A stretch of 25,890 nucleotides of DNA. Origin: Patescibacteria group bacterium. Its GTDB lineage: Bacteria; Patescibacteriota; Gracilibacteria; BD1-5; UBA2023. Every line of letters starts with the position of its first letter. The first letter of the stretch is position 1. The stretch is taken from NCBI GenBank assembly GCA_049301335.1, contig JBAQKV010000119.1, positions 1 to 25,890 of the forward strand, given 5' to 3'. This document shows, piece by piece, positions 9,392-16,849 of this stretch. The notes under the pieces were generated by a model. The model had not been told where the DNA came from. It did no database searches and saw nothing but the letters and a program-made list of their open reading frames with translations. The position numbers and the translations under genes are program-made.

Positions 9392-10006
9392 ATGAACGCA
9401 AAATCCCGTCTCGCCGTCTTGGCGGCCGCCACTTCCCTCCTGCTTTCTTCTTGCTGAAGCGAGGGATCGGAAGACCGCACGCCCGTTCCGGCTTCGGCGA
9501 TCCCCGCTTCCGGAATCCCCGTTTCCGCCGACGAAAAGGAATTCGTCCCCCGTACCTTTTCGTGAAACGCCATCGTCATGCCGGAGAGTTCCGGCGGCGT
9601 CACGGTAAGCGCCGAACTCAAGCCCACCGACGACGCGGCTTTGAACGGGTGCTCGGCGATTTCCAACCAGGGCGACCGCTACGCCTGCGAAGACGAAGTG
9701 CGTATCTGACGCGCTAACGAAAACGCCGATCCTTCGAGCTGCGAATTCGTCCACGACGAAAAAGCGAAAGCTCAGTGCGTAGTGGGCGCGAGCGTCCGCG
9801 AAGCGCAGAAAGAACACGATCCGAAGGTTTGCGAAGCCCTCACTGGGACCGGCGTGAAGGAATCGTGCCGCATATCGGCCATCATGGGCGATCCCATGAA
9901 AGTCCCCACCATCGCCGAGTGCGGAACCATTCCCGTTCCGGGCATCAAAACCGCTTGCATGGCCCGGGCGTCGGCGGGAACGAATCTTCCTTCGATAGCA
10001 AAATAG
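9392..10006 (+). CDS. Cys-rich lipoprotein (204 aa) with four C-x11-C units; 3 UGA(Gly)
   Basis: ATG 9392 gives MNAKSRLAVLAAATSLLLSSC, a signal peptide plus lipobox-like LSSC, followed directly by TGA (9455-9457). Further in-frame TGAs lie at 9563-9565 and 9707-9709. The frame joins track ORF 9782..10006. Stop is TAG. Confidence 0.65.
9650..9958 (+). repeat. protein-level tandem repeat: C-x11-C-x17 repeated three times plus a final C-x11-C (30-residue period)
   Basis: Counted from my own translation: C SAISNQGDRYA C EDEVRIGRANENADPSS C EFVHDEKAKAQ C VVGASVREAQKEHDPKV C EALTGTGVKES C RISAIMGDPMKVPTIAE C GTIPVPGIKTA C. The spacings are 11,17,11,17,11,17,11. Confidence 0.7.
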
Positions 10007-10026
10007 CGTTGCGCAAGAGCCGTTTA

Positions 10027-10055
10027 TTGGCGTTACGCCGACGAAATGGTATACT
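10027..10055 (+). promoter_or_regulatory. candidate extended -10 promoter (TTGGCG-17-TGgTATACT) for the three-gene small-protein operon
   Basis: TATACT at 10050..10055 is preceded by TG at 10047-10048. The -35 (TTGGCG, 10027..10032) is weak. Confidence 0.4.
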
Positions 10056-10082
10056 CGAACGGTATTCGTTCACTCACTTAGG

Positions 10083-10379
10083 ATGTCCTCCCCCGAAAAA
10101 AACGGCGCCTCGCCGGAGTCGCAAAATTCCACTCCGAAAAATCCGGTGGAAAGCACGAAGGACCGGCTCGACCAAATCGCCCTCAAGAATTCCGATCCCG
10201 CTTTCAAGAACGTGATCGACAGCCTCAAATGACGTCTGGACGCCCTTCCCGACTCGGAAAAGGAATCCGTTTCCAGGGAAATCGACCTCATCATGACCGA
10301 TGCGGAACGGAACAACCAGAAAGTCGGAGTGGACTTCTACCGAACCGTGGATCTCCTCCTTTCCGGCAGGTTCGGATAA
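10083..10379 (+). CDS. hypothetical small helical protein (98 aa); 1 UGA(Gly)
   Basis: ATG 10083 gives MSSPEKNGASPESQNSTPKNPVESTKDRLDQIALKNSDPAFKNVIDSLK[TGA 10230-10232]RLDALPDSEKESVSREIDLIMTDAERNNQKVGVDFYRTVDLLLSGRFG, with TAA at 10377-10379. It is invisible in the standard-code track. Confidence 0.5.
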
Positions 10380-10388
10380 GGCCCGACC

Positions 10389-10826
10389 ATGAACGCTTCC
10401 GGAAATTTCCAATTCGCGCTCTACCTGAGGGAATCGGGACTGAGCGAACAGGAACGCTACAACTTGGAGCGTATTTTTTCGGCGCTCCTTCCGGAACGGC
10501 AGGTGGAAATCATCGACAATTGGCCAAAATACCTCGACAAGCTCCTCGAAATCAAGCATTATGCCGACGAAGAGCGCAAGCGGAACATCGCCTCGGCGTT
10601 CGACCGCATCGACAAGCTCCTCTCCGATGCCGAACTGCGCGCGCAGGAGTCGGTAAGGAAGGCCGAAGAACGACTGAAAGAACTCCAAGAGAACCGCATG
10701 GGCGCGGAAGAATTCGACCGTTTGAAAAAACTCGACGCGATGAAAAACTTCTGAAGGCCGGCGGGAGTTCCGGCAGCCGTAGAAGAACCCAAGCCTGCGT
10801 ACGACCCCCTCGCCGACTTCATATAA
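10389..10826 (+). CDS. hypothetical coiled-coil protein (145 aa); 1 UGA(Gly)
   Basis: Track ORF 10389..10754 ends at TGA 10752-10754. Reading through adds RPAGVPAAVEEPKPAYDPLADFI before TAA 10824-10826. Confidence 0.55.
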
Positions 10827-10860
10827 GCGACAATACCAAAACAAAATACCGGAACCCGAA

Positions 10861-11091
10861 ATGAAAGAGATCGAACGCGACATTCCGAACTGGAAACGGT
10901 TCCGGCAAAAGTACCCGGAAGAATCCGCGTTCGCGGACCAATTCGAAACCCGGTACGCCAAAATGGCCCCCGGAGACGCGAAATCGAGGCTTGCGAAGCT
11001 CGTGAACGTCGAGCTTTGAATCGCCGTTCTGCGCGAAACGGAAATCGACCGGGAGAGCTTTTCGAAAATGCTCTCGGCCATAGCGAAATAA
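10861..11091 (+). CDS. hypothetical small protein (76 aa); 1 UGA(Gly)
   Basis: ATG 10861 gives MKEIERDIPNWKRFRQKYPEESAFADQFETRYAKMAPGDAKSRLAKLVNVEL[TGA 11017-11019]IAVLRETEIDRESFSKMLSAIAK, with TAA at 11089-11091. Confidence 0.5.
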
Positions 11092-11093
11092 AT

Positions 11094-11121
11094 TTGACTC
11101 CGTTTCGGCTTTCCATATAGT
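11094..11121 (+). promoter_or_regulatory. sigma70-like promoter TTGACT-16-TATAGT upstream of rplS
   Basis: -35 at 11094..11099, -10 at 11116..11121, about 62 nt upstream of the rplS ATG. Confidence 0.5.
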
Positions 11122-11183
11122 TAGCCGGTAATTTTTCCGGGTACGTCCACGTATCCGCCCTACTTTGTTACTCAAGTGAGACA

Positions 11184-11540
11184 ATGGCAAACGCAGCCCT
11201 CATTCGCGAAATCCAGGCCGAATTCATCAAGGCCGACGTTCCGCAGGTCCGCACCGGCATGGAAGTCGAAGTACACCAGATCATCAAGGAAGGCGAAAAG
11301 TCCCGCATCCAGAAGTTCCGCGGACTCGTCATCCGTACCAAGGGCGCTACCGCTCTCGAAAAGACCATCACCGTTCGTAAGGACGTAGACGGCATCGGAA
11401 TCGAAAAGATCTTCGCCATCCACTCCCCGGGTGTTTCCAAGATCGAAGTCCTCCGTTCTTTCAAGGTTCGCCGCAAGTACATCTCCTTCATCCGCAACCT
11501 CCGCGGCAAGGCAGCTCGTCTCAAGGAAATCAAGGCGTAA
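11184..11540 (+). CDS. rplS: 50S ribosomal protein L19 (bL19)
   Basis: 118 aa. MANAALIREIQAEFIKADVPQVRTGMEVEVHQIIKEGEKSRIQKFRGLVIRTKG...ITVRKDVDGIGIEKIFAIHSPGVSKIEVLR is a typical L19 sequence. TAA stop, no UGA. Confidence 0.97.
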   Translation: MANAALIREIQAEFIKADVPQVRTGMEVEVHQIIKEGEKSRIQKFRGLVIRTKGATALEKTITVRKDVDGIGIEKIFAIHSPGVSKIEVLRSFKVRRKYISFIRNLRGKAARLKEIKA

Positions 11541-11566
11541 ATTCATTGTCAAAAACTCAACGAAAA

Positions 11567-11592
11567 CCCCTCGGGCAACCGGGGGGTTTTTT
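11567..11592 (+). terminator. intrinsic terminator after rplS
   Basis: aaaaCCCCTCGGgcaaCCGGGGGGtttttt: an 8-bp stem (one G-U pair) followed by a T6 run. Confidence 0.7.
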
Positions 11593-11699
11593 ACGCTTTC
11601 CAGTGGGTAAAACCCCGGTATCCGCGCCCCCTTGCCAACCCCCTCGGAATTGCGTACAAAAAATGTATACGTTTTTGGACGTCAAGGCGTTTTTTTCTT

Positions 11700-11727
11700 T
11701 TGACTCCCGGTCGCGGACGGGTAAATA
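11700..11727 (+). promoter_or_regulatory. candidate dnaA promoter TTGACT-16-TAAATA
   Basis: -35 at 11700..11705, -10 at 11722..11727, about 60 nt upstream of ATG 11789. Confidence 0.4.
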
Positions 11728-11788
11728 TGTCTCGTCTTCCGGGGGTGAAAAACTTCCCGGATCTTCTCTCACCGGATTAGGAAATCGA

Positions 11789-13216
11789 ATGACTCACCAA
11801 AGCGTAGAAATTCTCAGAAAGATCGTGCAAGCGGTCGCCGGTAACGTAAAGAAACAGGATTTCCTTACGTACTTCAAGAAGCTGTCCCTCCTTTCGAACG
11901 AAGGGGGCGAACTCGTTTTCGGCGTCGTATCCAGTTTCGCTCGCGACAACCTCGCGCACAAGTTCAAGAAGGAAATCGAAACCGCCGTCGCTACCGTCCT
12001 CCCCGAAGTCCTTTCCATCGACTTCGTCGTCGACTCCGACATCGACAACCCGTCGAACGCGGCGGTCGTGGACTGCCTCAAAGAATACAAAGAACTCACT
12101 TCCACCAAGAAGAAGGACGACGAAGCCGCCATAGCGAAGGAAGAAGAGGAAATGGGCGGCATCAACGTCCGCATGATGAACGACAAGTACCGCTTGGAGA
12201 ACTTCATCGTCGGGCCGTCCAACCAGCTCGCCTATGCCGCGTCCGACGCCGTTTCCCGACGTCCGGGTTCCGCGTACAACCCGCTCTACATCTACGGCGA
12301 CGTAGGTCTCGGAAAAACCCACCTCCTCCAGGGTATCGGAAACACCATCAAGGCGCGCTTCAAAGACAAGAAGGTCATCTACACCACCGCCGACCGCTTC
12401 CTTACGGACTACGTCAACAGCATCAAGAAGCGCACCGTCGACAAGATGCGCGAGAAATACCGCAACATCGACGTCCTCGTCATCGACGACGTCCAGTTCC
12501 TCGCGAAGAAAGAGCGCACCCAGGAAGAGCTCTACAACATCTTCAACCTGATGCACGAATCCGGCCGACAGATCGTCCTCTCCGGAGACCGTCCGCCGAA
12601 AGAGCTCACCGAAATCGAGCCGCGCCTCAAGTCGCGTTTCGAATGGGGAATCATCGTCGACGTCGGAGCGCCGGATTTCGAAACCCGTCTCGCCATCCTC
12701 CAAGAGAAAGCCCGCGCCCGCGAGTTCATCCTCCCGCAGGAAGTCGCCGAATTCATCGCGTACAACGCCAATTCGAACGTCCGCGAAATCGAAGGCATCC
12801 TCAACCAGATCATCGCCGAGTACGAACTCCACGGCAAGCCGCCGACGCTCGAAAACGTTTCGGCACGCTTCCAGAAGCTCGGAGTCACCAACGACGCGCT
12901 CGGCAACCGCGCGCAACAGCGCCGCGTAGCCCGCAGTTACGACGAACTCCTCGACGCGGTATCGACCCACTTCGGCATCGAAAAGAAGATGCTCATCGGC
13001 GACGACCGCCGCAAGGAAAACATGATTCCGCGCCAGGTGGCCATGTACCTCCTGAAGAACAAGATGCACTTCACTTACGAACGCATCGGCAACATCTTCT
13101 CGGGCCGCAACCATTCCGCCATCCTCTACTCGTGCCGCAAGCTCGAAGCCGTCCTCAAGAAAGACCAGAACCTCTACTACGAGGTGAACGTCATCCGCGA
13201 CAAGCTCGGTCTCTAA
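11789..13216 (+). CDS. dnaA: chromosomal replication initiator protein DnaA (475 aa)
   Basis: Walker A GDVGLGKTHLL, Walker B VLVIDDVQFL, RFEWG, and the C-terminal DNA-binding helix region IPRQVAMYLLK...ERIGNIFSGRNHSAILYSCRKLE. I place the start at MTHQSVEILRKI (ATG 11789). The track start at 11546 would run through the rplS terminator and the promoter. TAA stop, no UGA. Confidence 0.96.
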   Translation: MTHQSVEILRKIVQAVAGNVKKQDFLTYFKKLSLLSNEGGELVFGVVSSFARDNLAHKFKKEIETAVATVLPEVLSIDFVVDSDIDNPSNAAVVDCLKEYKELTSTKKKDDEAAIAKEEEEMGGINVRMMNDKYRLENFIVGPSNQLAYAASDAVSRRPGSAYNPLYIYGDVGLGKTHLLQGIGNTIKARFKDKKVIYTTADRFLTDYVNSIKKRTVDKMREKYRNIDVLVIDDVQFLAKKERTQEELYNIFNLMHESGRQIVLSGDRPPKELTEIEPRLKSRFEWGIIVDVGAPDFETRLAILQEKARAREFILPQEVAEFIAYNANSNVREIEGILNQIIAEYELHGKPPTLENVSARFQKLGVTNDALGNRAQQRRVARSYDELLDAVSTHFGIEKKMLIGDDRRKENMIPRQVAMYLLKNKMHFTYERIGNIFSGRNHSAILYSCRKLEAVLKKDQNLYYEVNVIRDKLGL

Positions 13217-13228
13217 ACTTCCGCACGT

Positions 13229-13600
13229 ATGGACATCCGCCCTTCCAATTCCGAAATCGCCCGCTTCCTTCTCAAGTTCGAGAAGGACGGCATTTCGAAA
13301 AAATCGGCCGACCTCATGGCCAAAGAAGACATGCCGTACTCATCGGACCCGGACAACCGGGTCCTTTTGGAATGGTGCGTCGATAACGGGTTCGTTACCT
13401 TCGAAATCCGCAGCAAGCGTTTCGGGGACTACGAAATATCCAACCAGGGCCGACTCTTCCTCATGCAGCAGCGCTCAAACTCGCGCCGGTTGAAATATTG
13501 GATTGAAGACCATCCGTTCGCTTGGTCGGTCGTCATGCTCGTCTCCGGCTGGCTCGGCGGCGTCGTTTCGAAGTTCGCCGACAAGTTCCTTCCGTTCTAA
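13229..13600 (+). CDS. hypothetical protein (123 aa) with C-terminal transmembrane helix
   Basis: Intact ORF beginning 13 nt after dnaA, with a hydrophobic C-terminus (PFAWSVVMLVSGWLGGVV) and a TAA stop. No family recognised. Confidence 0.55.
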   Translation: MDIRPSNSEIARFLLKFEKDGISKKSADLMAKEDMPYSSDPDNRVLLEWCVDNGFVTFEIRSKRFGDYEISNQGRLFLMQQRSNSRRLKYWIEDHPFAWSVVMLVSGWLGGVVSKFADKFLPF

Positions 13601-13612
13601 GCCAATCTCTCC

Positions 13613-14128
13613 ATGAACGAAGTCGAAGGAAAAATCCTGAACATCGACGCGGAGGCGGAAATCGCCAAACTCCTCGCTCTCGGATACGCGCAGAAGGGCG
13701 ATGAAACGCTCGTAGCGAAGTTCTATAAGAATTCGTGATGAGAGACCCTCCGGCTCCGGAGCGAACACGGAGGATGGGTTTTAAACCATAAGAGAAGGAA
13801 TCCCGATTCCGGTTCGCGATTCAAATCCATGACCGAGACCGAAACGTTCGTGTCCGATCCGGACAAGATGGAAACCATCGTCCTCTCCATCGGTTTCGAA
13901 AAGGTTCGCACCGTCAGCAAACGCCGAAGGTCGTTCGTTCTCGAAGGTTCCGAAGGAAAGATCGAGATCGACGAATATCCCGGCATCCCTCCCCTGCTCG
14001 AAATCGAAGCCGAAAGCCCAGAAGCGGTGGAACGGATCGCGGAATCGCTCGGGTTCGAAGCGTCAGCGCTCGTGTCGGATTCGGTAAAAGACCTCGAAAA
14101 ACGCTACGGCATCCAATTTGGCAAATAA
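13613..14128 (+). CDS. CYTH-domain protein (class IV adenylate cyclase / triphosphatase-like), 171 aa; tandem UGA-UGA (Gly-Gly)
   Basis: ATG 13613 gives MNEVEGKILNIDAE, which contains the ExExK CYTH signature, then ...LVAKFYKNS[TGA][TGA]ETLRLRSEHGGWVLNHK.... This is in frame with track ORF 13829..14128 (...KVRTVSKRRRSFVLEGSEGKIEIDEYPGIPPLLEIEAES...). TAA stop. Confidence 0.8.
13736..13741 (+). other. two consecutive in-frame UGA codons inside the CYTH gene
   Basis: TCG TGA TGA GAG at 13733-13744, 41 codons after the ATG. CYTH-like sequence continues on both sides. Confidence 0.85.
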
Positions 14129-14150
14129 CCCGGGCGAACCGCCCAAACGA

Positions 14151-14804
14151 ATGCTCTACCTCGTCTCGACCCCCATCGGCAACCTCGAAGACATGACGTA
14201 CCGCGGCGTACGCATCCTGAAAGAAGCCGACTTCATCGCCTGCGAAGACACCCGGACCTCGGGAGTCCTCACCAAGCACTACGGCATCGACCGTCCGATG
14301 CTGTCTTTCCACTCGCACTCCGGCGTCGCGAAGATCGACAAGATCCTCGAAGCCCTCAAAGAAGGCAAAACCTGCGCGCTCATCTCCGACGCGGGAACTC
14401 CCGGCATTTCCGATCCGGCGTACGCCCTCGTGAAGGCCGCCATCGCGGAAGGAATCCCCGTCTGCCCCATCCCCGGAGCGTCCGCCGTGCTTTCCGCGCT
14501 GGTATGTTCCGGAGCGCACACGCACGATTTCCGTTTCCTCGGGTTCATGCCCATCAAGAAGGGGCGCAAGACGCTCTTCGAATCGCTCAAGACCAAGGAT
14601 TATACCGTCGTCGTCTACGAAAGCGTCCACCGCATAGACAAGACCGTCTCGGAAATCGCGGAACACTTCGGACCCGACCATCAGATCGTCATCGCCCGCG
14701 AGCTCACGAAGAAGTTCGAGGAGTTCATCCGCGGAACCGCTGCCGAGTGCGTCGAAGAGCTGAAAGTCCGTCCGAGAAAGGGCGAATTCGTCGTAATATT
14801 CTAA
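14151..14804 (+). CDS. rsmI: 16S rRNA (cytidine1402-2'-O)-methyltransferase RsmI
   Basis: MLYLVSTPIGNLEDMTYRGVRILKEADFIACEDTRTSGVLTKHYGI...ALISDAGTPGISDPAY...GASAVLSAL...VVVYESVHRIDKT...IARELTKKFEE. The ATG at 14151 is preferred over the track's TTG at 14118, which overlaps the CYTH stop. TAA stop. Confidence 0.9.
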   Translation: MLYLVSTPIGNLEDMTYRGVRILKEADFIACEDTRTSGVLTKHYGIDRPMLSFHSHSGVAKIDKILEALKEGKTCALISDAGTPGISDPAYALVKAAIAEGIPVCPIPGASAVLSALVCSGAHTHDFRFLGFMPIKKGRKTLFESLKTKDYTVVVYESVHRIDKTVSEIAEHFGPDHQIVIARELTKKFEEFIRGTAAECVEELKVRPRKGEFVVIF

Positions 14805-14818
14805 TCGCGACTCCAAAA

Positions 14819-14850
14819 CCCCGCCCCATTTGCATTGGAGCGGGGTTTTA
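14819..14850 (+). terminator. intrinsic terminator after rsmI
   Basis: aaaaCCCCGCcccatttgcattggaGCGGGGtttta: a GC stem followed by a T run. Confidence 0.55.
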
Positions 14851-14884
14851 TGATATGATTGCCCCATACCCCTAAATCCGATCC

Positions 14885-15559
14885 ATGGGTTTCGAAAAAC
14901 AAGAATCCGAAGAGGAAGAACGCCGTCTCGAGAACAAGAAAATCGAAGATGCCGACAAACTCTTGAAAGATAAGGCCGGCGACGTTAAGGAACTGGCTAC
15001 GAAAGCCGGAAACAACCTCTACGCCGACGTAAAAAAAGACAAGGAGAAGGATTTGGCCGAGCTCGCTAAAAAATCCGGTCAGGAGACGTATTCGGAAATC
15101 GCGAAAACCCGAAACGGATCGGAAGGATCCGGGAACGCCACCGAATTGGCCGAATTCGAAAAGAATGCGAAGCCGTTTATGGATGCTTATGGAACCGCCA
15201 TATCCAACGCGAACGGCATCAAGGATCCCGAAGAACGGAAAAGAACCATCGAAAAGGCATATTCGAAACTGCAAGAGGAGCTCGGGGGCGTCAAAGGTAC
15301 GCAGGAGGGCCGTGACGCGCAAGCGGACAAGAACCGCGAAAGCGACGCGAAAAAGACCGCCGAAGAAAAAGACCGCGAACGGACGTTGAAATTCTCCGAA
15401 GCCATCCTCAAAGCCGCGAAGGAGATCGAAGTCGACCGGCGTTTGGCTGAAATCGAACGTCGCGTAAAGGAACGCGCGGAACTCTCCGAACGCACCGTAC
15501 GGGAAGGACAAGAATCCGCCAAAATGGCCACTCTCGAAATCGAATCGAATCTCGCGTAA
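14885..15559 (+). CDS. hypothetical Lys/Glu-rich coiled-coil protein (224 aa)
   Basis: Intact ATG..TAA ORF with a highly charged helical composition and no signal peptide. No family recognised. It is followed by a strong terminator. Confidence 0.6.
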   Translation: MGFEKQESEEEERRLENKKIEDADKLLKDKAGDVKELATKAGNNLYADVKKDKEKDLAELAKKSGQETYSEIAKTRNGSEGSGNATELAEFEKNAKPFMDAYGTAISNANGIKDPEERKRTIEKAYSKLQEELGGVKGTQEGRDAQADKNRESDAKKTAEEKDRERTLKFSEAILKAAKEIEVDRRLAEIERRVKERAELSERTVREGQESAKMATLEIESNLA

Positions 15560-15561
15560 TC

Positions 15562-15591
15562 CCCCGCCCCACCCTTTCCGGCGGGGTTTTT
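15562..15591 (+). terminator. intrinsic terminator
   Basis: CCCCGCCccaccctttccGGCGGGGttttt: a perfect 7-bp GC stem followed by T5. Confidence 0.7.
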
Positions 15592-15640
15592 CATGACCGC
15601 ACGGTTTCGAACGAATCGCCGCAAGGAAAGGCGGGGTACG

Positions 15641-15668
15641 AAAAAAAGAGGCCGGAGCCTCTTTTTTT
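15641..15668. terminator. bidirectional terminator between convergent transcription units
   Basis: AAAAAAAGAGGCcggaGCCTCTTTTTTT is a perfect 12-bp palindromic arm pair with a U-tract available on both strands. It lies 16 nt beyond the pilC stop. Confidence 0.65.
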
Positions 15669-15683
15669 GCGGTTCGCAACGTA

Positions 15684-16835
15684 TTAGCCCGCCATCGCCT
15701 CGGAGAGGTTCATGATCGGCTGCATGATGCCGACCGCGATGAAACCGACGACGACCGCCATGACGACGATGATGACCGGTTCGATGGTCTTGTTGATGGC
15801 GTTTACGGTGGTATCGACTTCGGCGTCGTAGAAGTCCGCGATCTTGAGGATGATGGAGTCGAGGCGGGCGGTTTCTTCGCCGACCTTGATCATCTGGACG
15901 AGCATGTCCGGGAAGAGGGCGTCGTCTTCGAGGCCTTCGCCGATCTTCACTCATTTCTTGATGTCTTCGCGCAGGAGCATGATGCGCTGGCGGTAGACTT
16001 CATGGTCGACGACTTCCGAGACGATGCGCAGCGATTCGACGATCGAGATACCGGAAGAGAGGAGGTTTGAGAGTACGCGGGAGAACTTGGAGAGCACGAC
16101 CTTTTTCATGATCGGTCCGACGATCGGGAAGTGGAGCATGATGAGGTCGAAGCGGAAGTGTCCTTCCGGGGTGTTCTTCCACATCTTGACCGCGACCACG
16201 AGGATACCGATGACGATGCCCATGAGCCACCAGTAGTTCACGAACACGTCGCTGACGTTCATGAGGAACTTGGTGAGCGGCGGGAGCTTTTCCTTATCGC
16301 CGAACATCGCCACGAGCTTGGGAACGACGAGCGTCATGAGGACGCCGATACAAAGGAACATGACGATGACGATGCCCGCCGGGTAGATGAGCGCGCCTTT
16401 GAGCTTGTTGGAAATGTCGGAAACCTTTTCGACCTGGTCGGCGAGCTGGACGAGGGCGTTGTTGAGGCGTCCCGTCTTTTCGCCGGATTCGATGATCGAG
16501 CATTCCGCGTCGGAGAAGTTGCCGTCGAAGTCGCGGAGCGTTGCGGAAAGGTTCTTACCGGATTTGATTCCGGCGATCATCTTGCCGAAGAACGCCTTGG
16601 AAACCGGGTCCTTCTCCTGCCGTTCGAGGATTCCCAAAGATTTGAGAATCGGGAGGCCGGCGTTGGCCATGGTCGCGAGGAGGCGGAAGAAGACGACCTT
16701 CTGCTTGATGTTCATCTTCTGCCTCGTGAGCATCCAGAGCTCGATCTTTTGGAGAAGGCCGAGCGATTCGGAATCCGAATTGCCCTCGCCCTTGATGTCC
16801 TGGATGATGATTTCCTGATTGGAAGTCGCGTTCAT
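15684..16835 (-). CDS. pilC: type IV pilus / T2SS platform protein PilC (GspF family), 383 aa; 1 UGA(Gly)
   Basis: Track ORFs 15951..16835 and 15684..15950 are contiguous in frame across TGA 15951-15953: ...RIMLLREDIKK[TGA]VKIGEGLEDDALFPDMLVQMIKVGEETARLDSIIL.... The first GspF repeat has the matching ...MIAGIKSGKNLSATLRDFDGNFSDAECSIIESGEKTGRLNNAL. Three TM segments are present. TAA stop. Confidence 0.9.
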
Positions 16836-16849
16836 ATCGTTTTGGGGAA

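Noticed and set aside
11602-11626. Possible DnaA boxes AGTGGGTAA (11602) and GTATCCGCG (11618) upstream of dnaA
   Set aside because: They have 2 and 3 mismatches to TTATCCACA/TGTGGATAA. There are only two of them and no cluster, so they are not distinguishable from chance by eye.
11546-11788. The track's upstream TTG start for dnaA, giving a 556-aa version
   Set aside because: The extra 81 codons would run through the rplS terminator, an AT-rich spacer and a promoter-like element. They also have a non-protein-like composition. DnaA domain I begins naturally at MTHQSVEILRKI.
13811-13828. tRNA T-arm-like string GGTTCGCGATTCAAATCC, a possible tRNA (a tRNA-Gly(UCA) would be welcome here)
   Set aside because: It lies inside the CYTH coding frame. 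No acceptor stem, D-arm or anticodon arm can be built around it. None of the intergenic spacers is long or structured enough for a tRNA.
14118-14150. TTG start for rsmI overlapping the CYTH stop
   Set aside because: It is possible, but the ATG at 14151 gives the canonical RsmI N-terminus (MLYLVSTPIGNLED). The 11 extra residues have no counterpart that I recognise.
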